DNA of 64,000 nt. Origin: Acidimicrobiia bacterium (GTDB lineage: Bacteria; Actinomycetota; Acidimicrobiia; ATN3; PSLF01). This document shows, piece after piece, positions 45,507-56,613 of the stretch; the stretch's first letter is position 1, and every line of letters begins with the position of its first letter. The DNA lies in contig PSLF01000005.1 in NCBI GenBank assembly GCA_040289475.1, positions 49,446 to 113,445 on the forward strand. Reading direction: 5' to 3'. The notes under the pieces are model-generated. The model was not told the origin of the DNA, ran no database searches, and was given only the letters and a program-made list of their open reading frames with translations. The position numbers and the translations under genes were made by a program.

Positions 45507-46363
45507 GGGCACTGGATCCGACCCTCCTGTTCCCACTTGTGGCGGCTTTTGTAGGTTGCCGTCTGCTCCTCACGAACAATCTCGCAGAGGTGGCGTGGGC
45601 TCGCCGAGCGGTCGCATCATTCCCTAGTCGAGTCCAGAAGTATCTTGTCTCATCTGGTCTCGACGTCGATTTACAGCTAGCAGGAGTAGGACTGGATGCT
45701 ACGAGCTTCCGAGCGTGCCAACTTGCTTTTGCAACAATAGGCGCGCTGGTTGGCGGAACCCTATATTCGGCGGTTTCGGGGGCTTCCAGAATAGGACTGT
45801 CAGGTTATACCTGGCAAGGCGGAATACGTCAGCTCGCTGCTACGACTCTCTTTGCCGCGTTTGTGTCAGGAGGCGGCTTGGAGTTTTTTGTCAAGCATAG
45901 AGCAGAAAAGGCCCGTGACAGAGTCGCCGCTGATGTGGCCAATCTGGCCGATCTCTTGTGCATAGCTATCTCATCGGGCGAAAGCGTCCGTAGTGGATTA
46001 GCAGCGATCAGTGGTTTGGTGGAGCACCCATTGCAAAGCGAGGTCACTACTGTGGTTGCCGCGGTTACCTCGGGGACTCCTTTTGAAGTAGCTCTCACTG
46101 CGTTCGCCGAACGTATACGCCGTCCCGCGGTCAACGTATTGGCGGAAGCTCTTGGCAGAGCTCATGAAAGGGGGGTGGGCTTGACCGATCAGCTTCGCGC
46201 ACTGGCTAGAGACGTGAGAGAGGCACGCAAGGCCGCGGTCGTCGAGTCGATGGGAAAGAGGCAAATGTTGATGATCGTTCCAGTGGTGTTTCTCATCTTG
46301 CCCACAGCCCTTGTGTTTGCGGCGCTTCCAGGGTTTTACACCTTGAGGCTCGTAATGGGTTGA
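45503..46363 (+). CDS. tadC: TadC-like type II secretion system F-family membrane protein
   Basis: GTGA overlap with tadB. T2SSF-like domain (LADLLCIAISSGESVRSGL) and a C-terminal TM pair. Confidence 0.8.
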   Translation: MRALDPTLLFPLVAAFVGCRLLLTNNLAEVAWARRAVASFPSRVQKYLVSSGLDVDLQLAGVGLDATSFRACQLAFATIGALVGGTLYSAVSGASRIGLSGYTWQGGIRQLAATTLFAAFVSGGGLEFFVKHRAEKARDRVAADVANLADLLCIAISSGESVRSGLAAISGLVEHPLQSEVTTVVAAVTSGTPFEVALTAFAERIRRPAVNVLAEALGRAHERGVGLTDQLRALARDVREARKAAVVESMGKRQMLMIVPVVFLILPTALVFAALPGFYTLRLVMG

Positions 46364-46440
46364 GGTCACTGCTGCTTCGGAGGTTGAAGCGCAGGTAAGC
46401 CAAGAAAACAATCAAAACCCGAATAAAAAAGGAGGGGGGA

Positions 46441-46803
46441 GTGAAGCAATCAACAACACGTCCTGTCAATTGCAATTCCACAGTCGCAAATAGCCCAGGT
46501 CCTTCCTGTGGGAGCCAACTGTTTGTTTTTCGGAAACGCTTTTGGACCTGGCTGGCCACCTTCGCTTTTTTGACGTTATCGATTGTTGTGTCTTCGATAG
46601 CGGCGGAATGGGCTGATTACTTCCGTTCGAAGCGACGCATTTTCTTTCGCGCACAAAGAGGTGCGAGTTCGGAGGACGGGTCGATCGGAGAGTGGGTGAT
46701 GATCTTGGTGATGGCTGTCGGAATAACTTTGTTTATTTGGGCGATCGCTCAGCCCATGCTCGGCTCGATTCTTACCAGGGCATTGTCCAAGCTCTTTAGG
46801 TGA
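46441..46803 (+). CDS. Flp/DUF4244-like pilin precursor with unusually long, TM-containing N-terminal extension
   Basis: AAGGAGG lies 5 nt before the GTG. The C-terminal EDGSIGEWVMILVMAVGITLFIWAIAQPMLGSILTRALSKLF resembles the Flp G/xxxxEY motif plus hydrophobic helix. Confidence 0.6.
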   Translation: MKQSTTRPVNCNSTVANSPGPSCGSQLFVFRKRFWTWLATFAFLTLSIVVSSIAAEWADYFRSKRRIFFRAQRGASSEDGSIGEWVMILVMAVGITLFIWAIAQPMLGSILTRALSKLFR

Positions 46804-46810
46804 GCTGGGT

Positions 46811-47263
46811 ATGCGCACGTATTCCGCACACAAATTTCGATCGAACGATTCTGTAGGGCTCTACAAAAGCAGCGAGTCGGAAGCTCAAAGCGACACAGGC
46901 TCTGTGACAGTCGAGTTTTTGGCTTCGCTCGTCCTTTTGGTAGTAGTACTCGTCGTGTCGATAGACATCGGGATCTTTGCCTATGTCCGCAATCTCGTGC
47001 ACGCTGCTGCAGCTGAGGCTGCCCGGACCGCAGCCCCCTATGGAACGCATGTCTCTTCTGCAAAAGTTCGCATAGATCAACTACTGCCCGATGTAGTCGG
47101 TGAGTACTCTCGCGCGTTGAACGCCTATGTTCGAGAAGATGGCGACTTTGTGGAAGTAGAGGTCCAAGGCGAATTCGTTCCCTCCGCACCCTTTCTTCCC
47201 CGACTTCCCCTCCGAGCAAAGGCCTGGGCATTTCGAGAGGAAAAAGCGGTTCAGCGACGATGA
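46811..47263 (+). CDS. TadE-like pseudopilin
   Basis: DTGSVTVEFLASLVLLVVVLVVSIDIG is a TadE N-terminal motif. Confidence 0.7.
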   Translation: MRTYSAHKFRSNDSVGLYKSSESEAQSDTGSVTVEFLASLVLLVVVLVVSIDIGIFAYVRNLVHAAAAEAARTAAPYGTHVSSAKVRIDQLLPDVVGEYSRALNAYVREDGDFVEVEVQGEFVPSAPFLPRLPLRAKAWAFREEKAVQRR

Positions 47264-47688
47264 CGCGATCTGCCAACCACTGTTCAGAGCAAGGGAGTGC
47301 CCTGGTAGAGGTAATTTTGGTGGGGATGGCTCTCGCATTATCTTTAGCTTTCTCGATTGCAGCTTTGAGCGAGGCACAGCGCGTCGCACTAGCTGTGTCT
47401 GCTGCATCGAGAGACGCCGCTCGATCGGCCTCGGTGGCACGGTTCGAAGCTGCTGCTAGAGAATCGGCCGTGGCTTCTGCTAGCGGCGTGCTGCGGACTT
47501 ATGGTCTCGATCCGTCAAGAGCCCATATATCATTGGAAGGCAGGCTGGCGCGTGGATCCAGTGTGGAGGTGGCTGTCACTTACCCACTCCAAATTTCATT
47601 GGGTGGGGCACTCCACGCCTCGTTGCCAATCACAGTTTCTTCCAAGAGCCGATTCGAAATCGGCCCGCACTCACCGGTTCCGAAATGA
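47260..47688 (+). CDS. TadE-like pseudopilin
   Basis: EQGSALVEVILVGMALALSLAF is a TadE N-terminal motif. ATGA overlap with the previous gene. Confidence 0.7.
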   Translation: MTRSANHCSEQGSALVEVILVGMALALSLAFSIAALSEAQRVALAVSAASRDAARSASVARFEAAARESAVASASGVLRTYGLDPSRAHISLEGRLARGSSVEVAVTYPLQISLGGALHASLPITVSSKSRFEIGPHSPVPK

Positions 47689-48122
47689 AGCGCGAACATT
47701 CAAACCTCGATTTCGAGTCTGGGCAATCTTTCCCTCTGGTTATGGCAGTACTGATGATCGTTCTAGCTATTGGGGGTCTCGTTCTCGACGGATCACGAGC
47801 GTTTCTAATCCGACGGCAGCTTCAGAACGCGCTGGATGCCGCGGTGCTTGCTGGTGCAGGGCACGTGGATCTTGAGAAATTCAAAGGTTCCATAGAAAAC
47901 AATCTCGAACCCGAGCGTTTAGCAGCAGTTTCAGCAGCCGAAAGAGTATTTACGGTCAATGCTCCCACGGGATCTCGTGCTTGGTTTCAGGTGCAGGGGG
48001 CACGAGTGGAGGGAGCCGCTGTTTGTACGGTTTCGTTCGTGTTGCTGCCTTTAGTAGGCCTCAGTGGCTACGAGGTGCACGTCCGCGCTTCAGCTTCACC
48101 TGTTCTCATAAGCGGCGGGTAA
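47685..48122 (+). CDS. TadG-like (Tad_N) pilus assembly protein
   Basis: GQSFPLVMAVLMIVLAIGGLVLDGSRAFLIRRQLQNALDAAVLAGAG matches the TadE/G-like N-terminal domain. ATGA overlap with the previous gene. Confidence 0.7.
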   Translation: MKREHSNLDFESGQSFPLVMAVLMIVLAIGGLVLDGSRAFLIRRQLQNALDAAVLAGAGHVDLEKFKGSIENNLEPERLAAVSAAERVFTVNAPTGSRAWFQVQGARVEGAAVCTVSFVLLPLVGLSGYEVHVRASASPVLISGG

Positions 48123-48171
48123 GCTGTACTCATCCTGAATATGCGAGTGAAGAGCCACCTATACCCTAGCG

Positions 48172-49851
<1,680 letters not shown>

Positions 49852-51465
49852 ATCTGACTCGCCAACGACGCTATGCGACGATTCTTCTTCGTGGAAATCG
49901 AGCGACTTCAGGCTAGACGGGAAGAGAAGGACAAAGCCCAGATGGACAGCGTTGGGCCTGGCTGGCTCAGCGGTGTACATGTCGTTCGGCGTACTCTCGC
50001 TGCTTCCTAGATCGCCTATTGTTCCGCCTTATCCCGCGGACATAGAACGGTTAAGCCCTTACTCCCTCATAGCCCGGTTTTTTCACGGATCCCCGAGCGT
50101 ACTTGTTGTGGCATTCGTCATTCTGCTCACATCGGCATTTGCGCTCTTTGCGCTTGCACTGAGAGAGGCAAAAAAGCAGCCGCAACGTGCTTTGCTACCA
50201 GCTGCATGGGCGGTAGGGTTCGCTATTCTGCTCGTTCCGACTCCTCCGATCGCCAGTCAAGATATCTACTCATACGCCGCTTATGGAAGAATGGCAGCTT
50301 TCTACTACGAGAACCCTTATCTCTCTGGGCCTTCGAAGGTGGCACAAGATTCAACGGCCAACTTTGTCGGAAGGATGTGGTGGGACATGCCGAGCGTCTA
50401 TGGGCCCGTTATGCAGGGGATAGCTTGGGCGTGTGCGCGAGTATTAGGTGGGCTCGGCATCCTGATAATAGGGCTCAAAGCTGTGGCAGCTTTTTTCTTC
50501 GCATTATCGCTCTGGCTTCTAATTCGCTGTGCTCAGAAATTGTCGAGGGCAGCCACGGTAGCTGTGGTGGCTGTTGGGTGGAATCCGCTGGTACTCATTC
50601 ACATAGTGGGCGGGGGCCACAACGATATCCTGGTGGCTGCTGCACTCCTTGGCGGCCTTCTCCTCTTTCTGGAGGGGCACCGCCTTCTAGCTGGCGTCGT
50701 TGTTACACTGGGTTCTTTAGTGAAGGTAACTGCTCTGGTTCCTCTTTTTCTCTACATGTTGCTGGTGTGGAGAAAGCGAGAGGATATCGGGGGTTGGCAA
50801 AGAGTGGCGTGGCTGGTTTCGTTATCAAGCGCCACGGTGGTTGCTGCGTATGCGCCGTTCTGGAAAGGACTCGATACCCTAAGAGCTCTCGTACGAGTCT
50901 CTGGACTACAGACCAGCATATCCGCGCCGTACGTATCTGCTCAGGTCGTTCACTTGGGGTTGGAGTCCCTCGGTGTGAGGCTGTTCGGGGTTTCTGGCTG
51001 GGTGGCAATCTTTCGGGTCGCTCTAGGCGTTGTGTTCGGTCTGTACGTGTTGCTTCTCTGCCGCCGACTAGGTCGCTCCGAAGAGCTGCTTCCAGAGGTG
51101 TGGGGTAAAGCGTTGCTGGCCTTCTGCTTTACCACTGCCTACCTGCTTCCGTGGTATCTGGTTTGGCCGATGCTCGTACTGGCACTGGTCTCTGAAGGGC
51201 AGACTTTTCGTCTTGCGATGGCCGCCGCCTTCGTTTACTCGTTCACCCAACTTCCGGGAGGTTATGTCCTTCTCTCACCAAACATAAGAGCAATTGGAGA
51301 AGGGTTAGGGAGGCTGGCGTTCTTCGTTGTTGTGGTGGGATTCGGTATTTGGCTCTGGCTATCGCGTGCAGGGGCTGTTTACGATCTAGGACCACGTATC
51401 GGGTTGGCTGCAAGAGCAGACTCGATCCTCTCGCGCGAAGTGGGCAGTGATTGAGAGTAAGCTAA

Positions 51466-51492
51466 TTGATCGCCGGCCCCTGAGGCGATCAA
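51466..51492. terminator. perfect 9-bp hairpin between convergent genes
   Basis: TTGATCGCC (51466-51474), a 9-nt loop, then GGCGATCAA (51484-51492). No U-tract on either strand. Confidence 0.45.
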
Positions 51493-51509
51493 GACCGAGC
51501 GCGGCGCTT

Positions 51510-53297
51510 CTAGGCGCTATCCAAGATCACCAAAACGTCGCCAGCCCCCACCGTGTCTCCCACTTTGCATTTGAGCTCTTTTACGCGGCCGGATACATCC
51601 GCAACTACTTGGTTTTCCATCTTCATTGCTTCCAGGATACAAAGCGCATCCCCGGCAGCCACTTGCTGTCCTTCTTCGACGAGTATCTGAACTATCGTTC
51701 CCTGCATCGGCGCGGTCACGACTCCAGGCGCAGTACCTGTTGCAGCCCGGGTGGGCGCCACACTGGCTGGGACTTTGGGCTTGTACTTGTTCACGGTACT
51801 CAAAGGCCTACTCAAGCCTGCGCCTACGGGCTGTGCAGACTCCGGCAGATATACCTTGACATCGAAACGTTTCGATCCAACTTCTACGACTACCTGGCGT
51901 TCCTGATATCCCGGATGAGGTAGTACCGGTTTTGTCGGATGCCCTTTCAGTGATCGGAGGTCTAGTTCTTCCTCGATGAAACGTGTGTAGTGCTTGGCGT
52001 CTATGAAATCGGGGTGGGTAAGTATCGCCTTGTGAAGTGGAATGTTGGTGGCGACGCCCTCTATTACTGTCTCTTGAAGAGCTCTCAGCATGCGAGCCCG
52101 AGCCTGTTGGCGGTCGCTGCCAGAGGCTATAATTTTTGCCACAAGATTGTCGTAGAACTGGCCTACCTCTGACCCTGCCTCGTATCCAGCGTCGACTCGG
52201 ATTCCTGGACCCTGCGGCATTTGCCAGGATGTTATGGTACCAGGTGTGGGCATAAATCCTTGAGTGGGGTCTTCTGCGTTGATCCGACACTCGATGGCGT
52301 GCCCCCTTCCCACAAGGTCGGCTTGAGAAAATGGCAATGGCTCTCCCGCAGCGATCTTGATCTGTGAAGCTACGAGATCTACCCCGTAAACCTCTTCTGT
52401 GACGCAGTGCTCCACCTGGATCCGGGTGTTCATCTCCAGGAAGTAGAAGTTGTCGTCTTCGTCGAGTAGGCACTCGACGGTCCCAGCGCTTTGATATCCG
52501 CATGCCCTCACGAGCTTTAGCGCGGCCTCCCCGAGTGATCGCCTGGTTTCATCGCTGATCGAGGGACAGGGAGTCTCTTCTATTACTTTCTGGTACTTGC
52601 GCTGGCAAGAGCAGTCCCTCTCTCCGACGTAGACCGCATTGCCGTGCAAGTCGGCAAGAACCTGGACTTCTACGTGACGCGGCCGGGCAATGTATCGCTC
52701 TAAATACACGGAGTCGTCTCCGAAATAGGAGCTGGCTTCACGTCGGGCAGAAATAAATGCTTGTTCGGCTTCTTCTTCGGAATGGACAACCCGCATGCCC
52801 TTGCCACCCCCCCCAGCGGAGGCCTTGATTGCGACTGGCCAACCGTGCTCGTTCGCAAATTCCACGATTTGAGAGGGTGAGGTGATCATTTCGAGAGTCC
52901 CAGGGACTGGCGGAAATCCAGCTGACTCGGAGAGTTTGCGGGCCGATACCTTGTCTCCCATGGCTGCTATGGCCTCGGGAGACGGTCCGATCCACGTCAT
53001 CCCCGAGTCTACGACTGCGGCTGCGAAGGTCGCATTTTCTGCGAGAAAACCGTACCCGGGATGAACTGCCTCGGCGCCCGATTCCCGCCCTACTTCTAAG
53101 ATCCTTTCGATCTTTAGATAGCTTTCTGTGGCTGGAGAGTCCCCAATGTAATACGATTCGTCGGCCAACCTAGTGTGTAGGGAGTTTCGATCGAAGTCGG
53201 AGTAAACAGCGACCGCTTTTACGCCGAGGTCCCGACAGGCGCGGATGACACGAACAGCAATCTCCCCACGGTTTGCAATCAAAATCTTCTGGAACAT
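51510..53297 (-). CDS. acetyl/propionyl-CoA carboxylase alpha subunit (biotin carboxylase + BCCP)
   Basis: KILIANRGEIAVR, the ATP-grasp GGGGKGMRVV, and the C-terminal biotinyl motif EAMKMEN. Confidence 0.93.
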   Translation of the reverse strand: MFQKILIANRGEIAVRVIRACRDLGVKAVAVYSDFDRNSLHTRLADESYYIGDSPATESYLKIERILEVGRESGAEAVHPGYGFLAENATFAAAVVDSGMTWIGPSPEAIAAMGDKVSARKLSESAGFPPVPGTLEMITSPSQIVEFANEHGWPVAIKASAGGGGKGMRVVHSEEEAEQAFISARREASSYFGDDSVYLERYIARPRHVEVQVLADLHGNAVYVGERDCSCQRKYQKVIEETPCPSISDETRRSLGEAALKLVRACGYQSAGTVECLLDEDDNFYFLEMNTRIQVEHCVTEEVYGVDLVASQIKIAAGEPLPFSQADLVGRGHAIECRINAEDPTQGFMPTPGTITSWQMPQGPGIRVDAGYEAGSEVGQFYDNLVAKIIASGSDRQQARARMLRALQETVIEGVATNIPLHKAILTHPDFIDAKHYTRFIEEELDLRSLKGHPTKPVLPHPGYQERQVVVEVGSKRFDVKVYLPESAQPVGAGLSRPLSTVNKYKPKVPASVAPTRAATGTAPGVVTAPMQGTIVQILVEEGQQVAAGDALCILEAMKMENQVVADVSGRVKELKCKVGDTVGAGDVLVILDSA

Positions 53298-53322
53298 TAC
53301 CCTCTCACAAAGCGATCTTTTG

Positions 53323-53365
53323 TCGGCAAGCGCAGTATAGGCACATCGGCAAGCGCAGTATAGGC
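53323..53365. repeat. perfect tandem direct repeat, 2 x 20 nt with 23-nt period
   Basis: TCGGCAAGCGCAGTATAGGC occurs at 53323-53342 and again at 53346-53365. The core GCGCAGTATA recurs at 53463-53472, abutting the birA ATG. Confidence 0.9.
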
Positions 53366-53471
53366 GAGTGCCTGCGTTTTGTGCAGCACGAGACCGGGTT
53401 GGCGGCTCCCAATCCGGAGTGTGGCTTAGATTTACGATTTAGGTCGTAGGTCACAACGTAATGCGCAGTAT

Positions 53472-54335
53472 ATGCAAACGGAGGTAAAAAGAGAGTTGCA
53501 GAATCGTATCCAAAGAGCGGACTCCGACACTTCGATCACTGCGGCTGGATCCTACGATGCTCGCCAAATCAACGAAGCTCTGCGCGGACAGCGCTTCTTC
53601 AGAGCACTCGTAGTCGAAAAAATCGACTCGACCAATACTGCTCTGTTTGAGCTTGGTCGCGCTGGTGAGCCGGAGGGTCTTGTCCTATTGGCAGAAGAAC
53701 AGTCCGCAGGTCGGGGACGAATGGGTCGCAGCTGGACATCTCCAAAAGGGAAAAGCATTCTTATGTCCGTTTTGGCCAGGGCAAGAGTTAGCAGCGAAGA
53801 CGCCGGGCTGGTAAATGCGGCAGCGGGGCTAGCTGTCGTCGATGCGGTGCGAGATGTATCGTCCTTGGATACCAAGCTCAAGTGGCCCAACGACATCGTT
53901 TTCGAGGGCAAAAAGCTTGGGGGAATACTAACCGAGCGGGGATCCGATCGAGAGGGGCGCCCGTTTTTCGTCATAGGGATTGGCCTGAACGTCGAATGGA
54001 GGCCGGAAGATTTTCCGCCGGATATTGCCGAAACCGCAACCGCGCTGTCGATCGTAGCGGGCTCACCGCCCCAGAGGCGAGCTCTGGCAATCTCAATCGT
54101 TCGCAAGCTCGGGTACTGGCTCGCCGAGCTGGAATCGGGCCCTCGGGACCTTGCGGCGAGCTACAGAAGAGCCGTTTCGACCATCGGCTTGAGGGTGCGA
54201 GTCAAGCTACTCCAAGACGAGCTCGAGGGCGTGGCTGTCGACATCGACGAGCGTGGGGATCTGGTTGTGGCTTTGGACTCCGGAGAGCGCAAGGTGATCG
54301 TGGCGGGAGACGTTAGAGAGGTCCGAGCAGCCTAG
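53472..54335 (+). CDS. birA: biotin--[acetyl-CoA-carboxylase] ligase
   Basis: GRGRMGRSW signature, KWPNDI, and the C-terminal SH3-like domain. I recognised no clear N-terminal wHTH. Confidence 0.88.
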   Translation: MQTEVKRELQNRIQRADSDTSITAAGSYDARQINEALRGQRFFRALVVEKIDSTNTALFELGRAGEPEGLVLLAEEQSAGRGRMGRSWTSPKGKSILMSVLARARVSSEDAGLVNAAAGLAVVDAVRDVSSLDTKLKWPNDIVFEGKKLGGILTERGSDREGRPFFVIGIGLNVEWRPEDFPPDIAETATALSIVAGSPPQRRALAISIVRKLGYWLAELESGPRDLAASYRRAVSTIGLRVRVKLLQDELEGVAVDIDERGDLVVALDSGERKVIVAGDVREVRAA

Positions 54336-54351
54336 GCCACGATGGCGCTCG

Positions 54352-55230
54352 TCATTCTCGTCTCGGCGAGGGACAGTACCGCTCTACCATCTCCCTGTAG
54401 ATCTGGTGGAGCCGTGCGGTTTTACTTCCGGGACGACCCTCTCCAATCTCGTCGCCATCGACTTCTACTAAAGGGATCAGCTCTCTGGTCGAGGACGTGA
54501 TAAACGCTTCCTCCGCATCGACTAGGTCGATCGGCGACAGTGCTCGCTCTTGAGGTGTCAACCCAGCTTTTGGTGCCAATTCCAACACGATCTCTCGGGT
54601 GATGCCAGGTAAACAGCCCGACCCTGTATCAGGTGTGTACAGATCCGAGTATTTCACCAAGAAGATGTTGGATGCCGCACCTTCGCACAGATCTCCCTCC
54701 GAATTGAGAAAAATCCCCTCGTCTGCGCCTGCTTTTTTGGCCATTCTTCTCCCGATTATGTTCTCTACGTAGCTGGTGGTTTTGATCCCTGTTAGAGTCG
54801 ACCCGGTGGATTTCCGGATGGGCAAAATTACTGCCCTAGCCCCTTTTCGGTACAGCCTGTCGGGAAGGGCGTCTAGCGGATGGGCGAGGATAATCATGGT
54901 CGGAGAAGTGGGTCCTGTGGGTAGTAGGCCGGGTCCCCCGGGTCCAGATGTCATTGTCAACCTGACTCTCGCCTCTGAGAGGCGGTTGGCGGCGAGAAGC
55001 TTGGCGATCGCATCCTCGACATAGCGCAGCGGAGGAAGAGGGATTTCCAGAACCCGGGCGCCGGCTTTCATCCGCTTGTAGTGGCGGCCGAGGGCAAAGA
55101 CTTTCCCGTTGTAGGCTCGCATCGTTTCGAACAGCCCTTCGCCCAAAAGAAGGCCGCGGTCCAGCACACTGACCTTAGCTGAGCGCTCGGGTACAAGTTT
55201 GTCACCGAGCCAGCAGTATCGCGGCACCAA
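54352..55230 (-). CDS. class IV aminotransferase (branched-chain / D-amino-acid aminotransferase or ADC lyase family)
   Basis: VSVLDRGLLLGEGLFETMRAYNG, the PLP-Lys region, and GITREIVLELA. Confidence 0.8.
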   Translation of the reverse strand: MVPRYCWLGDKLVPERSAKVSVLDRGLLLGEGLFETMRAYNGKVFALGRHYKRMKAGARVLEIPLPPLRYVEDAIAKLLAANRLSEARVRLTMTSGPGGPGLLPTGPTSPTMIILAHPLDALPDRLYRKGARAVILPIRKSTGSTLTGIKTTSYVENIIGRRMAKKAGADEGIFLNSEGDLCEGAASNIFLVKYSDLYTPDTGSGCLPGITREIVLELAPKAGLTPQERALSPIDLVDAEEAFITSSTRELIPLVEVDGDEIGEGRPGSKTARLHQIYREMVERYCPSPRRE

Positions 55231-55257
55231 ACCTCCGGTTACTCCTAGACATCATGT

Positions 55258-56613
55258 TCAAGGAGCATAACCAAACGTTACGGTCCCGCCGCGGACCACT
55301 GCTCCCAGTGCAGGGTCGGAAGCGAAGTACATTGGTCGTTCTACGACGACATCGGGGCCCGATCTCACCGTCAATCGCGCCGACACCTCTCGCCAGGGGC
55401 CCACATCGGAGTTGACGTTGAAAGTGGCCCTGCTCGAAGGTGCTATCGCCCTCTCTATCGTTACCGGGACTCCTCCGTCGTTGAAGACATACTCGAACCG
55501 CACCACAGCCGTTTCGGTGAGAGAGGGGTTCTGCACTGTCAAGTACTCTACGAATCCTCCGCCGGTGTATCCCTCCGAGAACAGCCACGATGTAGCGGGG
55601 CTCTGAATGCCAGCGGCGTTGTGTCCTGCTGTGACAAAGGTTCCTAAAGCCGGGTCTGCATGAAAGTACATCGGTCGCTCCACTACCAAAGCTGGCATAC
55701 CCGCCGGCACAGACACCTTGACGGACACCTCCTTTCCCGGCCCAACGATGTCATTGACTCTAACGGTGAAGCGGGAGTTAGAAGGTATGCCGAAGCTTTT
55801 CTTGATCTGAGGTAGCCCAGCGTTGAAATTGAAATCGACATCCGCCTGGGAGGGCTGAGAAGAAGGGTTTTGGAAAGTCAAGTACTCCACAAAGCCCGGT
55901 CCCGTGTAACCCTCCGCGAAATACCACGAAGAACGGGGAGCGGATGTCCCCGGCTTTGCGTGTCCCCCTCTCACTACCGCTCCCACCGCAGGGTCGGCGA
56001 CGAAGTACATTGCCCGTTCGGCAACGACCCCCGGTCCCGACACCACACTTACTTTGGTCGATACCTCTTTTCCTCCTCCCACTACCGAGTTGACGTTTAC
56101 TGTGAAGCGAGCTTGAGGACCCACAGTAACTGCCATAGACGATGGAGGCACCCCGCCGTTGAAGGCGAAGTCCAGTCGAACCTGGGATGGCGCTTCTGCA
56201 GAGGGATTTAGAAGGGTCAAGTACTCCACAAAGCCCGGCCCCGTGTAACCCTCCGCAAAATACCACTCGGTTTTAGGTGATCGTACTCCCATGGCGTTGT
56301 GACCATCGGCTACCCAAGACCCCGTTCCCGGATCGCCTGAGAAGTACATGGGCCGTTCGAGCAGCACTCCTGGGCCTGCCAAAACGCCTACCCTCACCCC
56401 CACCGATTTCGCCGGACCGACGATCGAGTTGGTCAGCAATGTCCTGCGCGACTTTTTCGGGACTATCGTAGAGAACTCGACAGGGATCCCACCCTCTGGG
56501 TAGAGGGTGAGAACTACTGACGCATCAGTGATCTCGTGGTTACCGAGCGTAAGATAGTGAACAGATCGGAACCCCGGGTTGCCTGTGTAGCCTTCTGCGG
56601 TGAAAAACGCATA
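55258..56613 (-). repeat. four intragenic tandem repeats (about 339 nt each) encoding the AEGYTG...ERPMYF module
   Basis: Units start near 56613, 56265, 55926 and 55587. A 51-nt core (55877-55927 vs 56216-56266) differs at only 2 positions. Confidence 0.85.

Noticed and set aside
48123-48171. Possible cobalamin riboswitch upstream of the mutase (and likewise upstream of pduO)
   Set aside because: The spacers are only 49 nt, or zero for the translationally coupled pduO. That is far too short for a B12 riboswitch, and I saw no B12-box-like sequence.
50206-51108. 300-aa alternative-frame ORF inside the MptB-like gene
   Set aside because: It is on the same strand in a different frame, and its Arg/Gly/Ser/Cys-rich translation has no TM helices or motifs. 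The annotated frame gives a coherent polytopic membrane protein.
51808-52503. 231-aa alternative-frame ORF inside the biotin carboxylase gene
   Set aside because: The annotated frame carries all ATP-grasp and biotin carboxylase motifs. This frame is Arg/Gly/Ser-rich noise.
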